Below, in pieces: positions 1 through 9,008 of a stretch of DNA of 32,000 nt (positions within the stretch are counted from its first letter, which is position 1; the number at the start of each line of letters is the position of its first letter). The position numbers were made by a program, and so were the translations under genes. A model generated the notes under the pieces. The model did no database searches. It saw only the letters and a program-made list of their open reading frames with translations, and was not told the origin of the DNA. Origin of the DNA: Cuniculiplasma divulgatum (GTDB taxonomy: Archaea; Thermoplasmatota; Thermoplasmata; Thermoplasmatales; Thermoplasmataceae); assembly GCF_900083515.1 (NCBI RefSeq), contig NZ_LT671858.1, positions 1,140,001 through 1,172,000 on the forward strand, in the 5' to 3' direction.

Positions 1-443
1 CTTATTTTTACTGTTTCACCGGTAACAACAAGATCTAATTTCCTTTCAATCTCCCTTGCCAAAAGTGTGCTGTATGAAAAGCTGTGAAAACCATTAAATC
101 TCTCCATCATTAAAAGTCCCCTTTCAAATGAAGATCCTGAAAATTTCATTACTCTCTTCTTAAAATCTGGAATCGCATCCAGTGAAAGAATTCTTTCACC
201 GTAGGTATAAATCTTGAAATCTACTGTTTCTACCATCCCTCCAGTACTCGGACCATAATTGAATGGAAATACATTTTCTCCTGTTACTCTGTGATGGTAT
301 ATTCCTCTTAGGGGATCGTAAATTCTTAAATTCTGAATTTCCTTTAAGTGGGATTCTTCTACCATCTCAGAATCATCTCTAATAAGGTAATATATTCCTT
401 CCCTTTCAAAAAAACCAGTTACATTTTCTGTGTCCGGAATCAT
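1..443 (-). CDS. NuoD/HycE-like large subunit of a group-4-hydrogenase-related (Ehr-type) membrane complex. Only the N-terminal ~147 aa are present; the gene runs off the left edge.
   Basis: Not in the ORF track because it is partial. Manual reverse translation from ATG 443..441 gives MIPDTENVTGFFEREGIYYLIRDD...YGPSTGGMVETVDFKIYTYGERILSLDAIPDF...MMERFNGFHSFSYSTLLAREIE. The layout resembles the N-terminal third of NuoD/HycE-type subunits. The start forms an ATGA overlap with the stop of the upstream 451-aa gene. Confidence 0.6.
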   Translation of the reverse strand, partial: MIPDTENVTGFFEREGIYYLIRDDSEMVEESHLKEIQNLRIYDPLRGIYHHRVTGENVFPFNYGPSTGGMVETVDFKIYTYGERILSLDAIPDFKKRVMKFSGSSFERGLLMMERFNGFHSFSYSTLLAREIERKLDLVVTGETVKI

Positions 444-1795
444 AAGAAACCTCCCAAATATACAAAAATTATGGAAAAAGCAAAGAGTACAGACAATCCT
501 GCAACGTACTTTTGAGTTCTTTCCAACTGGATTACTTCCTGCCCATCTGCATTGCCATCAAAAATCATTACTGAAACTTTCTGTATAAGTGATATAGAAA
601 TGATAAACAGACATATCACAATAATGATTACAGCAGCAATGGTTCCATTGTTGATCAACTGGTAAATGATCAAAAATTCTCCTAAAAAAGTAGTAAATGG
701 TGGTGCACCAGTAACTATGAGCGAGGATGCCAGCAAGGACATTGAAGTTGATGGCATCCTGTTCCTCAATCCTCTAATTTCATCAATCTTTTTTGTACCA
801 AAACCATTCAGAATATTCCCAGAGGAAAAGAATGCACCAGATTTACCAAATGCATGGGTGAGAATGATGAAGAGAGCTCCCACAAGGGCAAGACCACCTG
901 TGATCAGGCCAAGGGTTATGAGGGCCATATTCTCCATTGTTGAATAGGCAAACATTCTCTTTATATTTCTCTGTGAGGGCATTATAAGGGCAACGAAAAC
1001 AAGAGTTGCGAGGATGAATATAAGAAAGATTTCTTCAAGGCGTGGCGTGTATGTGGCAAGAAAGAATCTGTATAATGCATATGCTGCAACAGGCAGGAGA
1101 ATTCCTGAAAACATAGCACTGATCTCAGATGGGGCTTCTCCATGTGCATCAGGAAGCCATGTGTGCATTGGGAATATTCCAATCTTTGTTCCAAATCCAA
1201 CCAGAGCAGTAGCACCTGCAATTGTGAGAATAAAGGAAGGAGAGTGTCCGGTTTCTATAATGGCAACAGAGTTCAGCGTGTGATAATTTAGATATATGAG
1301 TATCACTGAAATTAATGCGAGTGTAAGGCCAGTAGATACAATCAAAACATATCTCCATGCTGCCTCTATCTCAGTTTTCTGCCTTTCTATTATTAGCAGT
1401 AAGGCGCTTGATGCCGTTGTCGCCTCTATTCCAATCCACATCAATCCAAAATCGTTTATGACCAGAGTGAAAAGCATTGTGAAAACAAACAAATGCATCA
1501 ATGAATAGTGCAGCTTCAGATTTCTTGACTCTTTTATTTTACTGTGATAGGTCGACGCAAAGAATATAGATAGGGTATATACAAGCGATACTGAAATAAC
1601 AAGAATCCTGTTCACAGAATTTATGTTAAAATGTGAATATACCCCCATTGGAATTGATAGCACTACAAATGAAACAATGACTTCTATGACACTTCCTATC
1701 TTTCCAATCAACTGGGAAAGATTACTAAAGTATGAAAAGGATAGAACTACCGGTATAATCAGCAAAATATAGATGAGTAAAGTATCCAAGTTCAT
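440..1795 (-). CDS. Antiporter-like proton-conducting membrane subunit (HyfF/HyfB/NuoN family)
   Basis: 451-aa polytopic ORF carrying the family motif WLPDAHGEAPSEISAMFSGILL. ATGA overlaps on both sides place it in an operon. Confidence 0.8.
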   Translation of the reverse strand: MNLDTLLIYILLIIPVVLSFSYFSNLSQLIGKIGSVIEVIVSFVVLSIPMGVYSHFNINSVNRILVISVSLVYTLSIFFASTYHSKIKESRNLKLHYSLMHLFVFTMLFTLVINDFGLMWIGIEATTASSALLLIIERQKTEIEAAWRYVLIVSTGLTLALISVILIYLNYHTLNSVAIIETGHSPSFILTIAGATALVGFGTKIGIFPMHTWLPDAHGEAPSEISAMFSGILLPVAAYALYRFFLATYTPRLEEIFLIFILATLVFVALIMPSQRNIKRMFAYSTMENMALITLGLITGGLALVGALFIILTHAFGKSGAFFSSGNILNGFGTKKIDEIRGLRNRMPSTSMSLLASSLIVTGAPPFTTFLGEFLIIYQLINNGTIAAVIIIVICLFIISISLIQKVSVMIFDGNADGQEVIQLERTQKYVAGLSVLFAFSIIFVYLGGFL

Positions 1796-2415
1796 CCTAT
1801 CAACTCCTCCATCTTTTCAGAAGTGTGATCCCCTGTCAGTAATACGGCTGCAACAATAACCAGAGCTAAAACATCCAGAAGTACACTTATCTCAACAATA
1901 AGTGGCAAGGGGAATATGCCAAGACTCAACAGAATCATTGCATTCTCCTCTTCAATATATCCGGTGAACTGTGTTATCTTGTTCTTTCTTGTTCCTATAA
2001 GCAGAAGTCCCTGTATAGCTATTACAAAACCAATTGCTGTAATGGGACTTGGGGCAAACTGAAATATTGTGAGTCTATAAATTATCAGGGTTGCAATTAG
2101 AACAATGATGCTTACTATGATTATTGAGGGAACTGTTGTGGACTTTTCTCTTATTAATTCCCTCCTTACAGGGAACTTTTTTATTAATATATATGCTGTA
2201 AGAATTCCCCTTATGAAAATTATGAGGAATGCTAGAAGTATCAAATCATAATTTACTGTGTATAGACCACTGATAAAGGCATATATGGCAAGAAGTGTAG
2301 TCTGTATAACTATTACCTGAATCTTTGTTATCACATAGCTACCTATTTGTGCCCAAATTGCCACGAAAAGCATCAATGTCGCTATAAAATCATAGACCTC
2401 ATCCAGAGGGATCAT
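1792..2415 (-). CDS. HyfE-like small membrane subunit of a hydrogenase-4 / Ehr-type complex
   Basis: 207-aa ORF that is entirely hydrophobic, with about 6 TM helices. It sits between the HycD-like and HyfF-like genes, as in hyf-type operons, and overlaps both neighbours by 4 nt. Confidence 0.55.
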   Translation of the reverse strand: MIPLDEVYDFIATLMLFVAIWAQIGSYVITKIQVIVIQTTLLAIYAFISGLYTVNYDLILLAFLIIFIRGILTAYILIKKFPVRRELIREKSTTVPSIIIVSIIVLIATLIIYRLTIFQFAPSPITAIGFVIAIQGLLLIGTRKNKITQFTGYIEEENAMILLSLGIFPLPLIVEISVLLDVLALVIVAAVLLTGDHTSEKMEELIG

Positions 2416-3362
2416 ATTATTGCACCTCCAAGTTTGAATAATACCAGTGCCAGAATTGCGAGAGTGAATGAAATGGCGAGGAAATCAGCTATCTTGAATA
2501 ATCTAACTTTGGCTAGAATTTGTTCAATAAATATGATGATGAGAATCAAAACAATCCATTTTCCTAGCATTATAATTATATCGATTAAAGAACCCGTTAT
2601 CCCGGTAAACATGAACCATGGAAAGATGAATATATTCAGTAAAACTGACCCAAGTAAGAATTGCTTTATCCAGGCTGCATATTTAAGAAAGAAGAGATTC
2701 CTTCCACCGTATTCATAGGTTCTTCCCTCATCAATCATTCCCATTTCTGAAAGTCCTGAACTTTCCACTGGCAGCTTGCCTGTTTCAAATATGAATATCA
2801 TGAAAAATGCTATACTTGAAAGTATATGTGTAAGGGATAAGTACAGTGAAGCGTTTGATGAAACTAATGAGGCTGTTGTGTATGGATTATTTGTTCCACT
2901 TTCTATTGCCACTGAGAATAGTACCAGTATAAGGGTTGGTTCTGCAAGAGCTGAAAATGATGCTGATCTTGAGGCACCCATTGCTGAAAGGTTACTCCTT
3001 GAATCAATGGCACCAAGGATGAGGAATACAGATGCCAGTGAAAATAACATGGCCCCTCCAAGGAAATCTACCATTGGAGCAAATAATGTTGGTATTGGTA
3101 TTATAACAGGAATTACAAATGAAATTGAGAACAAAACACCAAATACCAGCATTGGTACCCAGCGGTAAAGAAGATTTGTATCATATGTTGAAGTTTTCTC
3201 TTTTTTAAGATACTTTGCCAGATCATAGTATGGCTGAAAAATACTCGGCCCACGTCTGAATTCGGTTTTTGCCTTGAGGTTTTCGTAAATACCTGCCACA
3301 AGCGGAGCTAAAAGTAAAACTCCAAATATCTGAATTATGGTTTCTCCAAGCTGAACGTCCAT
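2412..3362 (-). CDS. HycD/NuoH-like membrane subunit (formate hydrogenlyase subunit 4 family)
   Basis: 316-aa polytopic ORF. The motif RRGPSIFQPYYDLAKYLKKE matches the NuoH/HycD signature (GP..Q...D..K...KE). First gene of the operon. Confidence 0.8.
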   Translation of the reverse strand: MDVQLGETIIQIFGVLLLAPLVAGIYENLKAKTEFRRGPSIFQPYYDLAKYLKKEKTSTYDTNLLYRWVPMLVFGVLFSISFVIPVIIPIPTLFAPMVDFLGGAMLFSLASVFLILGAIDSRSNLSAMGASRSASFSALAEPTLILVLFSVAIESGTNNPYTTASLVSSNASLYLSLTHILSSIAFFMIFIFETGKLPVESSGLSEMGMIDEGRTYEYGGRNLFFLKYAAWIKQFLLGSVLLNIFIFPWFMFTGITGSLIDIIIMLGKWIVLILIIIFIEQILAKVRLFKIADFLAISFTLAILALVLFKLGGAII

Positions 3363-3441
3363 TTGAACTCTACCTATTTAAAGATCAGACGTTATCAGCC
3401 CGGAGGGCGCTTAAAGGCTAACGTCATAGCCTTTCTTGAAA

Positions 3442-3675
3442 TTACTCTACAACTTCTCCTGTGAATTCGGCTTCCTTTTCTGCTCTGTGTCTTTTCTTTA
3501 TTACGTATCTGGTGGCATAACCTGTTATTTCGTTAAAATCCTTCTTTGATGCCCCTGTAATTACTGTTTTAAGCAGTTCCCTGTTCTTGTGAAAATTCTC
3601 AGTAAATAACTCTGGTTTTGAATTTGCAAGTTCTATTGCAATCTTTTTTACATATTGTGGTCTGATGCTTCCCAT
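3442..3675 (-). CDS. rps17e: 30S ribosomal protein S17e
   Basis: 77-aa ORF beginning MGSIRPQYVKKIAIEL...NFHKNRELL...ITGYATRYVIKK, which has the typical S17e N-terminus and length. Confidence 0.85.
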   Translation of the reverse strand: MGSIRPQYVKKIAIELANSKPELFTENFHKNRELLKTVITGASKKDFNEITGYATRYVIKKRHRAEKEAEFTGEVVE

Positions 3676-3790
3676 ATTGTTCCGGATATGCCAACTTGCT
3701 TAAAAATATTTTTAATTAAGCTTCAATTTTAGGAAGTTTTATACAAATTCACAATATTTTTATCAAAAAACTTAACTGAATCTTGAATAT

Positions 3791-4861
3791 GTGGTACTGA
3801 TGATCAATAGGGAACTGGCAGCAGAGGTAAAAAGCCTTATGCCTTCCAGGGAAAGAGAAACAGATAGGAACAGTCCTGTTTCGATGTGGAACGAAATGGA
3901 CAGGTTGAGAGGTAAACCGGAGCCAACAACAGTAGTGATATTCAGGACAAGAGGCTGTTCATGGTACGATTTCAGCTCATGCTCAATGTGTGGTTATTTC
4001 AACGACGTAAACACAAATGTAGGGATGGAAAACCTAAAGGCCCAGATTGATAAGGCCTATGACTTTATGGAAAATACAAAGATATTAAAAATATTCACCT
4101 CAGGTAGTTTTCTTGATAGGAGAGAAGTGCCAAAGGAGTCCTTTGATTACTTTATGAAAAGGATGTCAGATAAGGTGGAGAAACTTTTGGTAGAATCAAG
4201 AACAGAATATGTTACAGAAACTACCATTAAGGACATGAAGTCCTATGGCATTGATACACGGATAGCCATAGGAGTTGAAAGTTCTAATGATTATGTGGTA
4301 AAGAACAAGGTAAACAAGGGGACAAACTTCTCTAAATTTATTAATGCAGCAAAAACATTACAGAAAGAAAAGGTAGAGTTAAGATCTTATCTTCTACTAA
4401 AGCCACCTTTCATGTCAGAAGAAGAGGCAGTTATAGACGCTATTAAGTCTGTAAGGGACTGTGCACCCTATTCAACAGATATATCCGTTAATCCAATGAA
4501 TATACAGAAAAATACCCTTGTGGAGAAATTGTGGAAAAGAGGAGAATACAGACCTCCATGGTTGTGGAGCGTTGCCAGAGTACTTTTAGAAACAGGGGAT
4601 GTTGAGGCAGATGTGCTATCCTACCCAACCGGCGGAGATCGTGAAAGGGGTGCACACAATGATGACAGGGATCAGGAGCTCGTTAAGCTTATTTTCAATT
4701 CATCACTTAATCAGGACTTTAGAGAGTTGCAGGAATACTATGAAAGGGGTGAAAAGACAAAATATTTCTCACATATAAGGAATGAGAATAGATTGCCTGT
4801 TCAGTACGATATAGATTCATTTATCAGAAAAATAACATCTGGATCGGTGAAAATTCAATGA
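3791..4861 (+). CDS. TIGR01210-type radical SAM protein, likely archaeosine synthase beta subunit RaSEA
   Basis: 356-aa ORF with the cluster motif FRTRGCSWYDFSSCSMCGY, as in the GCxW...CxMCGY family. Start is GTG 3791 or ATG 3800. Confidence 0.6.
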   Translation: MVLMINRELAAEVKSLMPSRERETDRNSPVSMWNEMDRLRGKPEPTTVVIFRTRGCSWYDFSSCSMCGYFNDVNTNVGMENLKAQIDKAYDFMENTKILKIFTSGSFLDRREVPKESFDYFMKRMSDKVEKLLVESRTEYVTETTIKDMKSYGIDTRIAIGVESSNDYVVKNKVNKGTNFSKFINAAKTLQKEKVELRSYLLLKPPFMSEEEAVIDAIKSVRDCAPYSTDISVNPMNIQKNTLVEKLWKRGEYRPPWLWSVARVLLETGDVEADVLSYPTGGDRERGAHNDDRDQELVKLIFNSSLNQDFRELQEYYERGEKTKYFSHIRNENRLPVQYDIDSFIRKITSGSVKIQ

Positions 4862-5832
4862 AACTTAACAAAATTGGAGAACGGGCCATAATAGATAGAA
4901 TATTTTCAACTGGAGATATATCACAGGAACCAGATGACTGTTCTCTGATGGACTGCGGAGAAAAATATATCCTGTTTACAACGGATTCCATAAGTGAGAA
5001 AATTCATATTCCTGAACTGGCAACCCCTTATGAAGCAGGAAGGTTTTTTGGAAGCATAAATTTGAGTGATGTGGCTGCAATGGCCGGTATTCCAGAAAGC
5101 TTCATGGCAAGTTACAATCTGAGGAATGACATGGAAATAGACTATCTTGAAGAGTTCTCTAGAGGCCTTTCAAACCTCCTTCAGGAATATAAGGTTGAAT
5201 TTGCTGGCGGTGATACAAAGGAAGCTGACGAAAATATTTTTGTAGGGTTCTGTATAGGTAGACAGGAAAAGGATCTTGTAAGGAAGAGGTCATATATAGG
5301 TCCTGATCAGATTCTGTGCTTGACAGGTAATATAGGCAAAGTCGGCGCTGCTTACATATCCTATAAAAATGGGATTGATGTTAGAGAATCATCCAGAAGA
5401 ATGCTAGATATTAAGCCAAGACTTGATGTTGCGGAAATTATTAGCAGGTCTGGAGCTAGATTTATGATGGATCTATCTGATGGTTTATTTGGTTGCCTCT
5501 CCCAGATGAAACATGATTATGGCTATGGTTTTAGAATAGTTGAACATGAGATTAAAATGCATGGTTCTGTTGATGAGATTTCCAAAATAACAGGTGTATC
5601 AAAAAGAGATATGGCAATGAATATTGGAGGTGACTATGAACTTCTGTTTACCATAGAGAATGATCACTTTGGCGAGTTTTCAAGAGAAATGGAAAAAAAC
5701 AACATAGATGTAAGTTACATAGGGAACACGTGGGAAGGAAACAACATCATTTTTAATGGGGAGAGATGGGAAAATATTGAGGAAAAGGGATGGGAACATT
5801 TTTCAGTGGAACCTGATTCCTCAGAAGAATGA
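4858..5832 (+). CDS. thiL: AIR-synthase-related protein, probably thiamine-monophosphate kinase ThiL
   Basis: 324-aa ORF. The N-terminus KIGERAIIDRI...DDCSLMD...ILFTTDSISEKIHIP fits the ThiL/PurM-fold pattern. ATGA overlap with the RaSEA gene. Confidence 0.65.
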   Translation: MKLNKIGERAIIDRIFSTGDISQEPDDCSLMDCGEKYILFTTDSISEKIHIPELATPYEAGRFFGSINLSDVAAMAGIPESFMASYNLRNDMEIDYLEEFSRGLSNLLQEYKVEFAGGDTKEADENIFVGFCIGRQEKDLVRKRSYIGPDQILCLTGNIGKVGAAYISYKNGIDVRESSRRMLDIKPRLDVAEIISRSGARFMMDLSDGLFGCLSQMKHDYGYGFRIVEHEIKMHGSVDEISKITGVSKRDMAMNIGGDYELLFTIENDHFGEFSREMEKNNIDVSYIGNTWEGNNIIFNGERWENIEEKGWEHFSVEPDSSEE

Positions 5833-8800
5833 TCACATTTTCCTTATGGCCAGTTTTAATTCCCTACCATCTATATCCCAGTTCTTCGTAAACGATTCTC
5901 TGTCATCTCCAGAGAATTTTGAGTTTTCTATACTATCGCTCAGGGTTTCTGACTTTATGTTTCCAACAGATACCTTCATGGCTTCTCTTATGAGATCATC
6001 TCCGTCATACTTAACTGATATATGCTGATCGTATGGCAGATCCATTTCCTTCCTCATCACCTGTATTCTCCTTACAATTTCCCTGACCATTCCCTGAACC
6101 TCCAGATCATGGTCTATTTCCTTGTTAATATACAGATTAAAGGTATCCTCACAGACCATTGTATAGCTTGGTGAGACCTCCTCAAGTATCTCAACTGATC
6201 CTTCTGGAAGCTCCTGACCCTCAAATGAAATACCGGTTCCTCTTGAGAATGATTTTGCCTCTCCTGAATCGTTTATTTCTTCCAGAAACTTGTTAAAATC
6301 TTTCATCTTTTCTTTCAATATGGGTGCAACCTTACTCAGCACAGGTCTGAGATATGTTTTTACAGGTTTCTGATTTTCATTTATGAATCTTATCTTTCCA
6401 CTGTTTATCTCTTCTCTAACTGGAATTAGTGTCTTCTCTGTGACACTGTTTCCTTCAATCAAGATTTCCTTGATAGGCTGCCTTCCCTTTATTGCAGCAG
6501 CCTGTCGCCCCCTTCTTACAGCTTCAAGCACCTTCCTGGACATTGCCATCTGATTTTCCAGTTCCTGATCTATGAGATTCACCAATACTTCCGGGAACAT
6601 TTCAGCATGAATGCTTAATGACTCTGGGTGCAGCTTTCTGTATATGTACTCAGTCGTGAATGGAGCTATTGGCGCCAGCATCTTGCAGATACTTTCTATG
6701 GCAAAGTGAAGTGAACTATATGCATCATTCTTCTGCATTTCTCCGGAATTTTCCCAGAATCTTCTTCGTGAAAGCCGAAGATAAAAGTTGGATGTATCGT
6801 CTATGAGTTCTGCAATCTGCCCCTGTGCCTGGCTGAAGTCGTAAACATCCATTGCATTTATGACGTTTGAAACTGTGGAGTTTACCCTGGAAACAAGCCA
6901 CCTATCAAGATCATTGTCAGAGCTGGAAAGTCCTTTATAAACATAATTATCTAGATTAGCATTTGAAGCAAAGAATGTGTATATATTTATTAGTGTCCCA
7001 AGTATTTTTGTCTCTGTTTCCCTCACAGTCTTATCCACAAGGGGTTTAGGCTTCCAGGGAACGGTGGTATAGAAGAATAGCCTTGATGGGTCCGGACCAT
7101 ATTTTTCTATCATTTCCTTAGCAAGGACCCCATTACCCTTACTCTTGCTCATTTTTCTTCCCTGAGAGTCCAGGATAAATTCAGCACAGAATACATTTTC
7201 ATAGGCATTTTTACCGAAAAGAAGTGTTCCGATGACATGAAGGGTGTAGAACCACCCTCTTGTTTGATCTATTCCCTCTGTTATAAATGAGACTGGGATG
7301 TCTGGCTCCTTTGCACCGTTAAATGGATAGTGGGTTGCAGCGTAGGTTGCTGAACCTGAATCGAACCATGTGTCTATTACGTACGGTTCTCTCTCCATCA
7401 TTTCTCCGCATTTTTCGCACTTTAGCTTTATTTCATCAACAAACGGTCTGTGGAGATCCTCTGGTGCCTTTTTAGCTCCATTTTTTATAAGTTCATCAAT
7501 CGAACCTATTGCCTTCATGTGCTTGTTACTACATGACCATACTGGAAGAGGCGTTCCCCAGTACCTGTTTCTTGAAAGATTCCAGTCTTTCGCTTCCTCA
7601 ATGAAATTACCAAAACGTCCTTCCTTTATGTGTGCTGGAACCCAGTTTATTTTCTCGTTGTTACTAACAAGTTCCTTCCTGAAAGATGAAACTCCAAGGA
7701 ACCATGCATCAATTGGATAATACAGAAGAGGCGTCCCGCATCTGTAGCAAAATGGATATGAGTGCTCATATTTCTCACTTCTCAGGGCAAGGTTTCTTTC
7801 CTTCAGGTATTTCACAATCTCAATATCTGCATCCTTGACAAACAGACCGTTCCACGGTAAGGATTCGTATTCAAATTTACCCTGAAGATTCACAGGGTTT
7901 ACAAGCTTAACATTCTGCTGCTTTCCTATCTCAAAATCTTCTGACCCGAAAGCTGGAGCGGTATGTACTACACCTGTACCTTCCTCAAGAGTCACATGAT
8001 CTCCATGAACTATCACACAGGTATTATCAGGTAGTTTGATAAAATCTATAGGTCTCTCATACTTGAGATTTATTAGTTCTTTACCTTTAAACGTTCTTAA
8101 TATTTTGTAGTTGTCGTGAAAAATGTTTTTTACCAGATTCACTGCTACAACATATGTTTCATCGTTAAATTGAACATCACAGTAATCTATATTCTCATTC
8201 ACGGCCAGAAACATATTTGAAGGGAGTGTCCACGGCGTTGTTGTCCACGCCAGTACATATCTGCCATCATTTAATTTAAACTTTGCATAAACAGAAAGAT
8301 CTTTTGTATCCTTATATCCCTGGGCAAGTTCGTGTGAACTGAGTGTTGTACCACATCTTGGACAGTACGGAGAAATCCTGTAATCTTTGTAGAGTATTCC
8401 CCTTTCGAATAGTGTTTTGAGGGCCCACCACTCACTTTCGATGTAATCATTCCTCAATGTCACATAGGCGTTGTCATGATCTATCCAAAACCCAAGTTTA
8501 TCATCAACTTCCAGCCACTCCTCCACATACCTAAATACACTCTTTCTGCAGTAATCGTTAAACTTATCGACTCCAAAATTCTCTATTTCCAGCTTGGTTG
8601 TAAATCCGAATTTCTTTTCTGCCTCCAGCTCTACTGGAAGACCGTGACAGTCCCAGCCGGCATCCCTTCTCTTTATGTTATAGCCCATCATTGTCTTGTA
8701 TCTCAAAACCGTATCTTTTATGGTTCTGGTTAAAGCGTGGCCTACATGTGGTATTCCATTTGCTGTTGGTGGTCCCTCCAGAAAAGTGTAATCCTTTCCG

Positions 8801-8913
8801 TTCTTTCTCATTTCAATTATGGCTCTGAATACATTTTTCTGATTCCAGTAATCTAGAATTTCTCTACCTATGTCCTTTTGATTCTTGCCAGATTCTATTG
8901 GTGAAAATACCAT
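5833..8913 (-). CDS. ileS: Isoleucyl-tRNA synthetase
   Basis: 1026-aa ORF with the class I HIGH motif (PPTANGIPHVGHAL), the KMSKS motif (RKMSKSKGN) and an editing-domain-sized insertion. Confidence 0.97.
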   Translation of the reverse strand: MVFSPIESGKNQKDIGREILDYWNQKNVFRAIIEMRKNGKDYTFLEGPPTANGIPHVGHALTRTIKDTVLRYKTMMGYNIKRRDAGWDCHGLPVELEAEKKFGFTTKLEIENFGVDKFNDYCRKSVFRYVEEWLEVDDKLGFWIDHDNAYVTLRNDYIESEWWALKTLFERGILYKDYRISPYCPRCGTTLSSHELAQGYKDTKDLSVYAKFKLNDGRYVLAWTTTPWTLPSNMFLAVNENIDYCDVQFNDETYVVAVNLVKNIFHDNYKILRTFKGKELINLKYERPIDFIKLPDNTCVIVHGDHVTLEEGTGVVHTAPAFGSEDFEIGKQQNVKLVNPVNLQGKFEYESLPWNGLFVKDADIEIVKYLKERNLALRSEKYEHSYPFCYRCGTPLLYYPIDAWFLGVSSFRKELVSNNEKINWVPAHIKEGRFGNFIEEAKDWNLSRNRYWGTPLPVWSCSNKHMKAIGSIDELIKNGAKKAPEDLHRPFVDEIKLKCEKCGEMMEREPYVIDTWFDSGSATYAATHYPFNGAKEPDIPVSFITEGIDQTRGWFYTLHVIGTLLFGKNAYENVFCAEFILDSQGRKMSKSKGNGVLAKEMIEKYGPDPSRLFFYTTVPWKPKPLVDKTVRETETKILGTLINIYTFFASNANLDNYVYKGLSSSDNDLDRWLVSRVNSTVSNVINAMDVYDFSQAQGQIAELIDDTSNFYLRLSRRRFWENSGEMQKNDAYSSLHFAIESICKMLAPIAPFTTEYIYRKLHPESLSIHAEMFPEVLVNLIDQELENQMAMSRKVLEAVRRGRQAAAIKGRQPIKEILIEGNSVTEKTLIPVREEINSGKIRFINENQKPVKTYLRPVLSKVAPILKEKMKDFNKFLEEINDSGEAKSFSRGTGISFEGQELPEGSVEILEEVSPSYTMVCEDTFNLYINKEIDHDLEVQGMVREIVRRIQVMRKEMDLPYDQHISVKYDGDDLIREAMKVSVGNIKSETLSDSIENSKFSGDDRESFTKNWDIDGRELKLAIRKM

Positions 8914-9008
8914 AATATAACACTCTACCCTATACTGAATTAGTTAAAAATTTAACCATCAATCATTCCTTATAGGATCACATTTGATGTTCAACTTAAT
9001 AAAGTCAT

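Noticed and set aside
666-3301. A series of 60-130-aa ORFs on the strand opposite the hyf-like membrane genes, or in alternate frames of the same strand (666-947, 982-1221, 1014-1283, 1149-1358, 1296-1508, 2347-2718, 2776-3168, 3113-3301).
   Set aside because: They lie entirely inside long, motif-bearing membrane-protein genes. Their translations are low-complexity or Pro/Arg/Ser-rich with no motifs. These are typical shadow ORFs.
5756-8733. ORFs 5756-6028, 7370-7720 and 8476-8733 on the plus strand.
   Set aside because: They are antisense to the well-supported ileS gene, and 5756 also overlaps the thiL 3' end in another frame. They have no motifs and are shadow ORFs.
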